Shown piece after piece: positions 34,100-42,365 of a stretch of 64,000 bases of DNA. Under the pieces are notes generated by a model. It did no database searches, was not told the origin of the DNA, and saw nothing but the letters and a program-made list of their open reading frames with translations. The DNA is from Nannocystis bainbridge (lineage in GTDB: Bacteria > Myxococcota_A > Polyangia > Nannocystales > Nannocystaceae): assembly GCF_028368995.1 (NCBI RefSeq), contig NZ_JAQNDL010000002.1, positions 1,216,001 through 1,280,000 on the forward strand. The letters run 5' to 3'. Numbering within the stretch: position 1 is the first letter of the stretch; each line of letters starts with the position of its first letter. A program made the position numbers and the translations under genes.

Positions 34100-34849
34100 T
34101 CAGGCCAGGCCCCAGGGGCCGCGGCGGAGCTCGCTGGCCGCGAGGCGCGGGGCGGCGCCCTTGTGCTTGAGGACGTCGGGGCGGAGGGCGAACAGGCCGG
34201 CGCCGCGGCGCTCGCGGCGGGGCTGGAGGCGCAGGCCGACCATCGGGCCCAGCGAGTCGCGCCGGGCCGAGCCGCGGGTCAGGAGGACGACGCGGCAGCC
34301 GTGCGCGCGCGCGAGGCCGGCCAGGCGCGCCTGCCAGGCGCTGCCGTGCAGTCCTCGAGGACAGGTCCGAACGGACATGCCCTCGGGGACAGGGCGATCG
34401 GTGGCCGGGATCTTGTCGCTCGCGTCCGCGCGGGCGGGCGGCGGGGCGCTGAGGTCGAGGACGCACAGGCCGTAACCGCCCGAGCGCAGCAGCAGCTCGG
34501 CGGCGCGAGCGATGCCGGCGGCGCCGCGATCCTCGGGGATGTGGACGACGATGAGGGAGTCGAGGTCGACGCCGGAGTCGGCCAGATCGGGCGGGAACAG
34601 CGGCCCGCCGACCGGCTGAATCCACACGGTGGTCTCGCCCTCGAGCTGGGCCTGACGGACCAGCGCGACGGCGGTGGTGAGGCGCGCGCCGGCGGCCCCG
34701 CCCGAGACCTCGATCAGCTTGCCGGGCGCGGCCAGGGTGACGAAGGAGGCGGGAGAAGCGGCGCTTTCGGTGTCTGCGGGAGCTGTCCCTTCGGACAGCT
34801 CATCCACCACGCCTTCCTCTTCGACCCCCCTCAACGCCACGACCGTCAT
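34100..34849 (-). CDS. imuA: ImuA (RecA-like)
   Basis: GKLIEVSG (degenerate Walker A), FPPDLADSGVDLDSL, AAELLLRSGGYGLCVLDL; first gene of the cassette. Confidence 0.88.
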   Translation of the reverse strand: MTVVALRGVEEEGVVDELSEGTAPADTESAASPASFVTLAAPGKLIEVSGGAAGARLTTAVALVRQAQLEGETTVWIQPVGGPLFPPDLADSGVDLDSLIVVHIPEDRGAAGIARAAELLLRSGGYGLCVLDLSAPPPARADASDKIPATDRPVPEGMSVRTCPRGLHGSAWQARLAGLARAHGCRVVLLTRGSARRDSLGPMVGLRLQPRRERRGAGLFALRPDVLKHKGAAPRLAASELRRGPWGLA

Positions 34850-34861
34850 GCGTCAAGGTTT

Positions 34862-34878
34862 ACTGAACATCCAATCAG
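34862..34878 (-). promoter_or_regulatory. Putative LexA (SOS) box upstream of imuA
   Basis: ACTGAACATCCAATCAG (minus strand CTG-N7-GTTCAG) matches the ends and spacing of the Myxococcus-type LexA box; about 13 bp upstream of the imuA start in an AT-rich patch. Confidence 0.65.
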
Positions 34879-35038
34879 AATCAAAGAAATTTGTGTGTCC
34901 TGGCTTACGCTCGGAACTGACCTGCGCGTTCCGGCGCACTGCGCGAGGCTGCGCAGCGCGGATGTGCTCGCGGGCTCGACCTGCTCGAAAGGACAGGTCA
35001 GAAAAGCGCGCGTGAGCGCGTGGTAAAACCGGCAATCG

Positions 35039-35950
35039 ATGGCAGGTGACAGCTCGACCGCCCACATCATCCAGTCGCTCGTCGCCAACTTGCTGATCGC
35101 GGTGGCGAAGGGCGTGGCAGCGATGATCACGGGCTCGGGCGCCATGCTCGCCGAGACGCTGCACTCGCTGGCCGATTGCGGGAATCAGCTGCTGCTGCTG
35201 CTCGGCGTGCGCATGAGCCGGCGACCGCCGAGCGAGAAGCACCCGCTCGGCCACGGCCGCTCGCTCTACTTCTGGTCGTTCATGGTGGCGCTGTTGTTGT
35301 TCTCGGGCGGCGGGGTGTTCTCGCTGTACGAGGGCTTCCACAAGCTCGGCCACGCGGGCGAGGTGGAGAGCGTGGAGGTCGCCCTGGCGGTGCTGGCGCT
35401 GTCGTTGGCGATCGAGGGCTGGGCGACGCTGAAGAACATCGGCGAGATGAACAAGCGCCGCCGCGGCAAGCCGTTCTTCCAGTACCTGCGCGACAGCAAG
35501 GACTCGGACCTGGTGGTGGTGTTCGGCGAGAACGCGGCGGCGTGCCTCGGCCTCATCCTGGCGCTGCTGGCCCTGCTGATGGCGAGCGTGACGGGCGACG
35601 GGCGCTGGGACGCCATCGGGACGCTGGCGATCGGCGCGGTGCTGATCGGCGTGGCGGTGTTCCTGGCCGTCGAGGTGAAGTCGCTGCTGGTCGGCGAGGC
35701 CGCCGATCCGGAGATCGCGGCGGCCGCCGCGGCGCTGGCCGTCGAGGACCCGAAGATCACGCGCGTGCTGCGGCTCATCACGGTGCAGCAAGGCCCCGGC
35801 GAGGTGCTGGTCGCGGTCAAGCTGGGGTTCGCCGAGGGGATGACGGTCGAGCAGGTCGCGGGGACGATCAATGAGTTCGAGACCCGCCTGCGCGGCCGCT
35901 GCCCCGAAGTGAAGTGGTGCTTCGTCGAGCCCGACATCCCGCGCACGTGA
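35039..35950 (+). CDS. Cation diffusion facilitator (CDF) family transporter
   Basis: SGAMLAETLHSLADCGNQ, HPLGHGR..YFWSF, ENAAA and WDAIG motifs; about 6 TM helices plus a C-terminal domain. Confidence 0.93.
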   Translation: MAGDSSTAHIIQSLVANLLIAVAKGVAAMITGSGAMLAETLHSLADCGNQLLLLLGVRMSRRPPSEKHPLGHGRSLYFWSFMVALLLFSGGGVFSLYEGFHKLGHAGEVESVEVALAVLALSLAIEGWATLKNIGEMNKRRRGKPFFQYLRDSKDSDLVVVFGENAAACLGLILALLALLMASVTGDGRWDAIGTLAIGAVLIGVAVFLAVEVKSLLVGEAADPEIAAAAAALAVEDPKITRVLRLITVQQGPGEVLVAVKLGFAEGMTVEQVAGTINEFETRLRGRCPEVKWCFVEPDIPRT

Positions 35951-36042
35951 GCGCCGGAGCGAGAGACGGCGGACGGGGCGCTACGAGCCTCGAGCATGCG
36001 GGGCGGTGACTCGCACGCGTCAGGCTTCGTGAGCCTGAAGCA

Positions 36043-36438
36043 TCACTCGCGGCCGGTCTCGAACACGAGGCGTCGCGCGAACTCTCCCTCGACGAGGGCG
36101 GCGGCGGCCTCGGCCAGCTGGGCGACGCGGTCGCTGCGTTCGCTGCGGGCGAGGTCGCGGATCTGGTCGAGGAGGGCGCGGTAGGCCCCGAGCAGGCTCT
36201 CGCGCGCGCTGGACAGGCTGTCGGGCGACGATGGGACGTGCGTGGGCGTCACTCGCTGAGGTGATGTGTCCGAAGAGACAGGTTCCGCTGAGTCCGTCGG
36301 GCCGGTTCCTTTGGACATGTCCAATGGGACATGTCTATAGGGAAAGGTGGCGGACGGCGAGGTCGCTCCGGGTTCATCGGGCCTGGTCGGGCCGGACGGC
36401 GTGGCGGGGTTCGTCGTCTCCAGATCGTCGTCGTGCAT
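36043..36438 (-). CDS. Hypothetical protein with disordered, motif-derived N-half and helical C-half
   Basis: Helical C-terminus ARESLLGAYRALLDQIRDLA...; start uncertain (36438 or 36507); 14-bp motif blocks at 36263-36350. Confidence 0.5.
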   Translation of the reverse strand: MHDDDLETTNPATPSGPTRPDEPGATSPSATFPYRHVPLDMSKGTGPTDSAEPVSSDTSPQRVTPTHVPSSPDSLSSARESLLGAYRALLDQIRDLARSERSDRVAQLAEAAAALVEGEFARRLVFETGRE

Positions 36439-36615
36439 CCGAGGCCTCCACGCGAGCCGGTCGCGGCCCGGGCGGCCAGCGTTCTCCGGGGAGGGCGAGG
36501 GTGTCAACGTTCGATCGGGCGCGCGCCGACGCTGCCGCGATCGCGCGGCGCGAGCTCGGCCGTTGAAAGAGCTGTCGCGAGAGACAGGTGAGCGCGCGAG
36601 CGATCGCGGGCGCTC

Positions 36616-37764
36616 TCAGAACGGCACGGAGAAGGCCAGGCTGCCGAGGCGGGCGTACGGCCCGAAGCGGTAGCCCTCCGAGTAGAAGACGTGGTTGTAC
36701 GTCGCCTGCACCCACGCGCCCTTGAGCCAGTGGAGCCCGCGCACGCGGGCGAGGCCGTCGAGCTCGACGGTCATCTCGACGCCGGGGGTGTGCGAGTGGA
36801 ACTTGGTCATCTTCGGGTCGGCGGTGCGATAGATGGTGTCGCTGCCGTAGTTGCCGTCTTCGCGCCAGAAGTAGGCGCCGGACTGGGTGTAGAAGCGGTA
36901 GCGCAGGCGCAGGACGACGCGGCGGAGGAAGCGGACGTGAGCGCGGACCTCGGGGGCGTGGGCGACGATGGCCCAGTCGTCGGCGTAGAAGCGGTAGCGA
37001 CCCTCGAGCACGAGCGGGGTTTTAGGCACGGCGTAGCGCAGGAAGCCGCTCAGGGCGAGGCGCCGGCGCTGGCGCGGGTGCGACTCGTCGAGGCCGTCGC
37101 GGACCTTGCGGTAGGGGTTGTCCTGCGGGCCCTTGGAATAGATGCCCTCGGCCAGCACGCCGCCGAGCAGCCGGCGGGTGAGGGCGTGGGTGTACCCGAG
37201 CCCGAGGTAGTGGACCTGCAGGAGGTTCGAAGGGCGCGCACCTGTCCCGGAGGACATCTCCTCGAGGTTCATGCGACCGCCGGTCCACGGGATGGCCCGA
37301 CCGCCGTAGAGCTGCAGCACGGAGTCGAGGTTGGCCATGTACTGCAGGCTGACGGTGCCGGCGCGGTTGAAGACGTCGCGCGCGCCGCCGAGGCCGAAGC
37401 TGCGCGAGACCCAATCGCTCTCGGTCGAGTAGCGGAAGAAGCCGCCGAACGACCACTCCTTGAGCCGCGCAGAGGCCCGCAGGGTGCCCTCGTGGCGGAA
37501 CTCGGTGAAGAGGAAGTCGCCGCCGGTGACGGCCGCCGCGCCGGCGCCGATCGAGGCCGAGGTGACGGAGTCGAGCAGGTACTCGGCGCCGATCGTGAAG
37601 CGCTCGTCGGGGAGGTCCTTCTCGACGTAGACGACCGGCGCGAGCACCCGGGTCGAGGTCTCGCGGTAGTAGTTGCCGCGCACGGTGACGCGATCCTCGG
37701 CCGCGAGATCGCGGGCGACGAGGAGCGAGACGAAACAGGCGAGGAAGACTAGCCGCAGCCGCAT
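36616..37764 (-). CDS. DUF3570-like outer-membrane beta-barrel protein
   Basis: Signal peptide; DSVTSASI, STESDWVS, NPYRKV, YRFYADDW and RYRFYTQS motifs; terminal Phe; paired with a DUF4266-like gene. Confidence 0.8.
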   Translation of the reverse strand: MRLRLVFLACFVSLLVARDLAAEDRVTVRGNYYRETSTRVLAPVVYVEKDLPDERFTIGAEYLLDSVTSASIGAGAAAVTGGDFLFTEFRHEGTLRASARLKEWSFGGFFRYSTESDWVSRSFGLGGARDVFNRAGTVSLQYMANLDSVLQLYGGRAIPWTGGRMNLEEMSSGTGARPSNLLQVHYLGLGYTHALTRRLLGGVLAEGIYSKGPQDNPYRKVRDGLDESHPRQRRRLALSGFLRYAVPKTPLVLEGRYRFYADDWAIVAHAPEVRAHVRFLRRVVLRLRYRFYTQSGAYFWREDGNYGSDTIYRTADPKMTKFHSHTPGVEMTVELDGLARVRGLHWLKGAWVQATYNHVFYSEGYRFGPYARLGSLAFSVPF

Positions 37765-37973
37765 CCGCCACCTGCGGCGCCGTGCCCGCCGAACCCGCCT
37801 TCGCGCGCCGATTCGACGTGCGACTGGAACTTGTCCTCCATGCCTTCGGCGGCGGGGTTCATCTCGGGGCGGCTCAGGACCTCGCGCTCGGACGGACGAA
37901 CCGTGGCGCAGCCGGCAGGCAGAGCGAGGGCTGCGAGGACGAGGGCGACGAGGCGCGCGGGTCCGGCGAACAT
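37749..37973 (-). CDS. DUF4266-like small lipoprotein
   Basis: GCATVRPSERE.L...M; C-terminal REG..GG.G..GGGCGCG. Confidence 0.85.
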   Translation of the reverse strand: MFAGPARLVALVLAALALPAGCATVRPSEREVLSRPEMNPAAEGMEDKFQSHVESAREGGFGGHGAAGGGCGCG

Positions 37974-38082
37974 CGGCCCGACCTTAGCCGCAGAAATCTC
38001 GCGGCAGCAAGGCCCCGCGGATCGGGCTTCGCCGGCGCGGCACCCTTGTCAGCGCGGCGCGCCTGGTCTATCCCCCGTGCGA

Positions 38083-38793
38083 ATGGGCCTCCTGATCGTC
38101 ATCGACGGGCCTGCGGGCGCAGGAAAGAGCACGGTCGCGCGCCGCGTGGCGCAGCACTTCGGACTGCCGGTGCTCGACACCGGCGCCATCTACCGCACGC
38201 TGGCGCTGGCGGCCCGCGAGCGCGGGATCGCCTGGAGCGACGAGCCCGGGTTGGTGGCGCTGGCCGCGGGCCTGCCCATCCGCTTCGAGGCGGCCAGCGA
38301 GACTGGCGGCCCGCGGGTGCTGTGCGACGGGCGAGACGTCACGCAGGCGATCCGGACGCCGGAGATCTCCGATGGTTCGTCGCAGGTGTCGGCGCTGCCG
38401 GCGGTCCGCGCCAGTCTGTTGGAGATCCAGCGTCGCCTCGGCCGGGACGGCTGCGTGGCCGAGGGCCGCGACCTGGGGACGGTGGTGTTCCCCGATGCGA
38501 CGCACAAGTTCTTCCTCACGGCCAGCGACGCCGTCCGCGCCGCCCGACGTCAGGCCGAGCTCGAGGGCGTCGCGCTGGCGGACGTCCTGCGCGACCTGAA
38601 CCGGCGTGACGAACGCGATCGGTCCCGCGCTGCCGCCCCGATGGCCCGGGCCGAGGACGCCGTTCTCGTCGATTCCAGCGATCTCGACGCCGACGCGGTG
38701 GTGGCCGCCATCGTGCGCGCCGTGACGTCCAGGCTCTCTGGGCCCGGCGGGGCCGCCGGTGGGCCGGTTGACGGGTCGCCCAAAAGCGCCTAG
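38083..38793 (+). CDS. cmk: Cytidylate kinase
   Basis: IDGPAGAGKST, LDTGAIYR, EGRDLGTVVFPDA and RDERD motifs. Confidence 0.97.
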   Translation: MGLLIVIDGPAGAGKSTVARRVAQHFGLPVLDTGAIYRTLALAARERGIAWSDEPGLVALAAGLPIRFEAASETGGPRVLCDGRDVTQAIRTPEISDGSSQVSALPAVRASLLEIQRRLGRDGCVAEGRDLGTVVFPDATHKFFLTASDAVRAARRQAELEGVALADVLRDLNRRDERDRSRAAAPMARAEDAVLVDSSDLDADAVVAAIVRAVTSRLSGPGGAAGGPVDGSPKSA

Positions 38794-38796
38794 CTT
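38768..38796 (+). promoter_or_regulatory. Sigma70-like promoter of rpsA
   Basis: TTGACG-17 bp-TAGCTT. Confidence 0.6.
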
Positions 38797-38910
38797 CCCC
38801 CCGCTCGCGTAGGCCAGAGTGGCGTGCGTCGTGCGTGTCCGTCAGGTCACGTCCACGAGGCCGCTCCTCTCAAAGAGCCAACGCGGGGCGGAAGGAACTT
38901 TCACCCGAAC

Positions 38911-40623
38911 ATGCAAGAGCAACACAACCTGCGCGCCGACGGAGACGATGATTTCGCGGCGCTCTTCGAGAAGAACACCCAGGAGAATCCGGAGATCCGT
39001 GAAGGCACGATCGTCCTGGGGACCATCGTCGACATTATCGGCGAGTACGCCGTGGTCGATGTCGGTTGCAAGGCAGAGGGCCAGGTCCCGCTGCGAGAGT
39101 TCGCCGAGGAAGACGGCAGCATCAACATCCGCGTCGGCGACAAGATCGAGGTCCTCCTCGAGGCGCAAGAGGACAACAACGGCCTCGTGGTCCTGTCGAA
39201 GGACAAGGCCCGCAAGCGCAAGGTGTGGGACGAGATCCAGACGGCGTGCGAGGCCGAGGGTCTGGTCCGCGGCACCATCCAGGCCCGCGTGAAGGGCGGC
39301 CTTGCGGTGCTGCTGCAGGGCGGCGTGAAGGCGTTCTTGCCGGGGAGCCAGGTCGATCTGCGGCCCGTCCGCAACCTGGACACCTTCATCGCCAAGGACT
39401 TCGACTTCAAGATTATAAAGTTCAACAAGAAGCGCGGTAACATCGTGTTGTCGCGCCGGGTGCTGCTCGAGGCGGAGCGCGCCAACCTGAAGAGCGACAC
39501 GCTCAACCGGCTGCAAGAGGGCGAGATCGTCGAGGGTGTGGTCAAGAACCTCACCGACTACGGTGCCTTCATCGACCTCGGCGGCATCGACGGCCTGCTC
39601 CACATCACGGACATGTCGTGGGGCCGCGTCAACCACCCGAGCGAGCTGTTCCAGGTCGGCGACAAGGTTCGCGTCAAGGTCCTGAAGTTCAACTCGGACT
39701 CCGAGCGCGTCAGCCTCGGCCTCAAGCAGATCACCGCGGATCCGTGGGTCAACGCCGAGCAGCGTTACATCCCCGGCACCGTGGTCGAGGGCAAGGTCGT
39801 CAGCATCAAGGACTACGGCGCCTTCATCGAGCTCGAGGAGGGCATCGAGGGTCTGGTCCACGTGTCCGAGATGTCCTGGACGCGCCAGATCAAGAACCCG
39901 AAGCAGATCCTCAAGATCGGCGATCAGGTCCGCGCGGTGGTCCTCGACATCGACGTGTCGCAGAACCGCATCTCCCTCGGCATGAAGCAGCTCGAGGAGA
40001 ACCCGTACGACAAGGTGCTCGAGACCTACCCGCCGGGCACCATCGTCGAGGGCGTGGTCCGCAACATCGCCGACTTCGGCGTGTTCGTGGAGCTCGAGCC
40101 GGGCATCGACGGCCTCGTGCACATCACGGATCTCAGCTGGACGCAGCGGGTCCGTCACCCGAGCGAGCTGTTCAAGAAGGGCGACCGCGTCCGCGCGATG
40201 GTCCTGAACATCGACAACTCGGGCGAGAAGCCGAAGATCAGCCTCGGCCTCAAGCAGCTCGCGCAGGATCCGTGGGACCGGATCCCGTACGACTACCCGA
40301 CGGGCAAGATCTTCGAGGTCAAGATCCTCAAGCTCACCGACTTCGGCGCGTTCGCCGAGCTCGAGCCGGGCATCGAGGGCCTGATCCACATCTCGGAGAT
40401 CAGCGAGGAGCGCATCGAGGACCCCCGGTCGGTGCTCGAGCCGAACCAGCGCGTGCGTGCGGAGCTCATCCAGATGGACCCGGCCGAGCGCAAGATCGGC
40501 CTGTCGATCAAGAGCGCCAAGCGCCAGGACGAGCTCGCCGACGCCCAGGGCTACGCCAACGCCAGCGAGGCCGGCGCGACCCTCGGCGACGTGTTCGCCA
40601 ACAAGTTCCGCGACCGCTCGTAG
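38911..40623 (+). CDS. rpsA: 30S ribosomal protein S1
   Basis: Six S1 domains (AFLPGSQVD, DYGAFIDLGGIDGLLHITDMSW etc.); follows cmk. Confidence 0.99.
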   Translation: MQEQHNLRADGDDDFAALFEKNTQENPEIREGTIVLGTIVDIIGEYAVVDVGCKAEGQVPLREFAEEDGSINIRVGDKIEVLLEAQEDNNGLVVLSKDKARKRKVWDEIQTACEAEGLVRGTIQARVKGGLAVLLQGGVKAFLPGSQVDLRPVRNLDTFIAKDFDFKIIKFNKKRGNIVLSRRVLLEAERANLKSDTLNRLQEGEIVEGVVKNLTDYGAFIDLGGIDGLLHITDMSWGRVNHPSELFQVGDKVRVKVLKFNSDSERVSLGLKQITADPWVNAEQRYIPGTVVEGKVVSIKDYGAFIELEEGIEGLVHVSEMSWTRQIKNPKQILKIGDQVRAVVLDIDVSQNRISLGMKQLEENPYDKVLETYPPGTIVEGVVRNIADFGVFVELEPGIDGLVHITDLSWTQRVRHPSELFKKGDRVRAMVLNIDNSGEKPKISLGLKQLAQDPWDRIPYDYPTGKIFEVKILKLTDFGAFAELEPGIEGLIHISEISEERIEDPRSVLEPNQRVRAELIQMDPAERKIGLSIKSAKRQDELADAQGYANASEAGATLGDVFANKFRDRS

Positions 40624-40806
40624 TCGCGGCTCGCTCCGCGCTACGGCGCGGGGCGTGTGAGCTCCCGGCGCCCTGACGGCCGCCGGGCCGACATCGAAGG
40701 CTCTGTCCGATCCGCGGTCTCCGCGGGCGGACGGGGCCTTCGCTGTTTGCGGCGGCGTGCGCGACGGCGCTTGATCGCTCCCCCGAGTCGGGGTAAGCCG
40801 CCGGGC

Positions 40807-41334
40807 ATGGCCGAGGTTCTGGCGAAGGTGCAGACGATCGAAGGCACGCTCGACGCATCGGGGCTGCGGCTGGCGATCGTCGTCAGCCGGTTCAACAGCT
40901 TCATCACCGAGCGCTTGCTCGAGGGGGCCGTCGACGCGCTGGTGCGCTCGGGGGCCCGCGCCGAGGACATCACGGTGGTGCGCTGCCCGGGGGCCTTCGA
41001 GATCCCGATGGTCGTCGGCCAGGTGCTGTCGGCCAGGAGCTACGACGCCGTGATCACGCTGGGCTGCCTGATCCGCGGCGACACCGTGCACTTCGATCTG
41101 ATCGCGGCCGAGTGCTCGCGCGGCGTGTCGCAGATGGCGCTGGCGTTCGAGGTGCCGGTGACGTTCGGCGTGCTCACGACCGACACGCTCGAGCAGGCGA
41201 TCAACCGCGCCGGCGCCAAGGCGGGCAACAAGGGCGCCGAGGCGGCGATGGCCGCGGTCGAGCAGGTCCGCCTCTATCGCGAGATCGCAAACCGCGGGGC
41301 GAGCGACGCCCAGACCGAGGCCGCCGGTGGCTGA
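40807..41334 (+). CDS. ribH: 6,7-dimethyl-8-ribityllumazine synthase
   Basis: VSRFNSFIT, PGAFEIP, IRGDTVHF and GNKGAEAA motifs. Confidence 0.97.
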   Translation: MAEVLAKVQTIEGTLDASGLRLAIVVSRFNSFITERLLEGAVDALVRSGARAEDITVVRCPGAFEIPMVVGQVLSARSYDAVITLGCLIRGDTVHFDLIAAECSRGVSQMALAFEVPVTFGVLTTDTLEQAINRAGAKAGNKGAEAAMAAVEQVRLYREIANRGASDAQTEAAGG

Positions 41335-41830
41335 CGCCAAGCCGCCGCGGCACCCGCAGCGGGCCCAGGGCCGGGAGGTCGCGTTGCTGGCGCTGTGTCA
41401 CCTCGAGTCGTATCGGCCCGAGGAGCGCGCGCGGGCGCTCGAGCTGTTCTGGGCCCACGTGCCGGCCGAGGCCGGCGACGGCGGCCAGGAGCTGCGCGGC
41501 TGGGTGGCCGATCCCAAGGTCGTCGAGTTCGCGCGCCGGCTGCTGGCTGTGAACAGCGAGCGGGCGACGGAGATCGACGCGGCGATCGAGGCGACCTCGC
41601 GGTCGTGGCGGCTGGCGCGGATGGACCGCGTCGACCGCAACGTGCTGCGCCTGGTCGGCGCCGAGAGCCTCGGCCTGTCCGAAACGCCACGTGTGGTGAT
41701 CGTCTCCGAGGCGGTCCGGCTGGCGGCCCGCTACGGCAGCGAGCGCAGCGCGCCGTTCGTCAACGGGGTCGCGCAAGCGCTGGCGGGCAAGCTCCGCGGC
41801 GAGGTCCGCGAGGCCCGCGAGGACGGTTAG
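41327..41830 (+). CDS. nusB: Transcription antitermination factor NusB
   Basis: WRLARMDRVDRNVLRL, EAVRLAARYG and FVNGV motifs; follows ribH. Confidence 0.93.
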   Translation: MADAKPPRHPQRAQGREVALLALCHLESYRPEERARALELFWAHVPAEAGDGGQELRGWVADPKVVEFARRLLAVNSERATEIDAAIEATSRSWRLARMDRVDRNVLRLVGAESLGLSETPRVVIVSEAVRLAARYGSERSAPFVNGVAQALAGKLRGEVREAREDG

Positions 41831-41981
41831 GCCCGCGGTTCGGGGACGGGCGGGGTCCTGCGGTCACGCGTGGGGACTTGGCGCATGCCCGGTGACCGTA
41901 CAGCTGTCCGGCCCGGTGAGCGCAATCGCGGCCCACGCATGGTGTTAAAGGGGACGGGCGTCCGGGCGTATACTGGCCGAG

Positions 41982-42365
41982 ATGCCGATCCGCGCTCTGG
42001 TCGTCGATGACTCCGCGGCGATGCGGACCTTCGTCAGCTCGGTCCTGGAGTCGACCGGTGATTTCGATGTCGACGAGGTCGGGCACGGCTTCGAGGCCAT
42101 ACGCCTGCTGCCTCGCGGCGACTACGCCCTGTTCGTGTTCGACGTCAACATGCCCGACTTCAGCGGGATCGAGCTGATCCGGGCCGTGCGCGAGCAGCCG
42201 CGTTACTCGCGGACGCCGCTGGTGGTGATGACCACCGAGGGCCGGCTCGGCGATCTCGAGCGGGCGCGCCAGGCCGGGGCGCAGGTCGTGATCACCAAGC
42301 CGTTCACGCCGGCGGGCCTGCTCGAGGCCGTGACGCGGGCGCGCGAGCTCGGAGGCGCGGATTGA
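41982..42365 (+). CDS. cheY: CheY-like single-domain response regulator
   Basis: VVDDS, FDVNMP, MTTEG and TKPF motifs. Confidence 0.9.
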   Translation: MPIRALVVDDSAAMRTFVSSVLESTGDFDVDEVGHGFEAIRLLPRGDYALFVFDVNMPDFSGIELIRAVREQPRYSRTPLVVMTTEGRLGDLERARQAGAQVVITKPFTPAGLLEAVTRARELGGAD

